Source: Bilabrum cf. latius (taxonomy: Eukaryota). From it: a DNA stretch of 64,000 nucleotides. Within the stretch, counting starts at the first letter, position 1, and each line of letters opens with the position of its first letter. The notes beneath the pieces are model-generated. The model did no database searches and was not told where the DNA came from. It saw only the letters and a program-made list of their open reading frames with translations. This document shows positions 63,001 to 64,000 of this stretch, piece after piece. The stretch is taken from contig OZ237742.1 of the NCBI GenBank assembly GCA_965178125.1, forward strand, positions 1,302,001-1,366,000, read 5' to 3'. The translations under genes and the position numbers were made by a program.

Positions 63001-64000
63001 ATGGCGAAGCAGTTGAACTGGGATGACTTGGGTAAGACCAGCTTTACTACTCAAGGGCCGTGGCAAGCTTGCGTTTGAACCATGAGCCCCTACAGATACC
63101 CCCATCCCTTCTTTACCTCGCAGATAAAAACAAGTTTTATGTGTACAGTCCAATGGTTTTCTTCATGGTCCGCTTGGTCAACCACCCTGGTGAGACTTGT
63201 CACGATGAGCACATGGTCCGCCTCCAAGTATAGCTTCCGTACGTTGGCGTCCATCTGAACCCGAGCACGAACACAGTGAGGAATTTTAACGATTAACGTA
63301 CTTCATTTCGCAGCTACATTGGTAAAGACGCGACTGCAGATGCAGAAAGAACGCGTAGCTGGGGGTCTAGGTGCTAGGTAGTACCGGGGCTCGTGGCACG
63401 CGGTTTAGTCGATCGTGAGAGAGGAGGGATTTCGAGGTCTTTGGAAAGGTTTCGGGACGAACTCGCTTAACCTGGCAGTAGGACAGGTGTACATTACAAT
63501 CTTCGAATACCTGAAGACCCCGCGGGTGTTCGGCAGCAGCGTACCGGAAGAAGCTCGCACTGCGATGGCTGCGTGCACAGCCGTGATGACGGCGTAGACA
63601 CTGGCAAATCCCATTGATATCCTTGCCCAGAGACTCATGGTAGAGCGTGGGGATGGCCGCAGCACCGCAGGAAATGCTCAGGGCGCTGCAGGGGAGTCTG
63701 CCAGCAAGACGGCGGGCAAGGGTGCTGGTGCCTCGGCCTCCAGCAGCACGCGCGGCATGCACACGATGGCAGGAGAGTGGGCGGGCAATTCAAGGCAACA
63801 AGGTGCCTCTGTACCTCGGGGATACAGCCGGGCAGGGGCTCTTGCTGCACGGGCCGCTGGATCTGCAGGGGTAAGCACGGGCCGGTGGGCCTGGTCCGCG
63901 GCTGTCTCTGGCGGTGTGACGAGTGCGAGGAGAGCTGCCAGGCGCGCGGCGGGGAGCTGGCGCCGATGGCTGTCCAACGGAGAGCCGGGGGAGGGCGCGA
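63001..64000 (+). CDS. SLC25A44: mitochondrial carrier SLC25A44-like, 3'-partial; exons 63001-63031, 63124-63189, 63314->64000
   Basis: LNWDDLDKNKFYV, HPATLVKTRLQMQ, EEGFRGLWKGFGTN, GQVYITIFE, MTA(TAG)TLANPIDILAQRLMV. GT-AG introns at 63032-63123 and 63190-63313. TAGs at 63379, 63406 and 63595. Confidence 0.85.

Noticed and set aside
1-64000. Mass pseudogenisation or sequencing error as the cause of the interrupted ORFs
   Set aside because: Interruptions in host genes are only TAG, never TAA, TGA or frameshifts. Catalytic motifs are intact and TAG falls in Gln contexts.
1-64000. Pyrrolysine or programmed read-through at UAG
   Set aside because: TAG is widespread in ordinary eukaryotic genes, up to 10-11 per gene and far more in the giant one. 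It has no common downstream context and interchanges with CAG.

Overview
GC-rich, gene-dense eukaryotic nuclear DNA, with short GT-AG introns of about 90-125 nt clustered near gene 5' ends. The gene style suggests a flagellated heterotrophic protist, possibly a bicosoecid-like stramenopile; that taxonomy is inference only. The dominant signal is a non-standard nuclear genetic code in which TAG behaves as a sense codon for Gln. The fragmented ORF track collapses into single-frame genes once TAG is read through. Conserved domains continue past TAGs in XRCC3, JHY, a TTLL, DUF2817, an alpha/beta hydrolase and SLC25A44. TAG replaces CAG between two copies of a recent duplication. Every gene end I could define is TGA, and I saw no in-frame TAA in intact genes. 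Read this way, the window holds about 16 genes. They include XRCC3, Ku70, Sec13, JHY, a TTLL glutamylase, SLC25A44, two secreted beta-helix carbohydrate-active proteins, a pectin acetylesterase/Notum-family gene, a 2OG-Fe(II) oxygenase, and a ~6,000-aa surface/membrane protein. That protein's N-terminal RCC1 blades are encoded by an array of duplicated exon+intron cassettes with hypervariable loops. The giant gene and relics of RLE-type non-LTR retrotransposons sit in a ~27 kb block flanked by ~1 kb diverged direct repeats. All translation and alignment was done by eye; no database searches were run.
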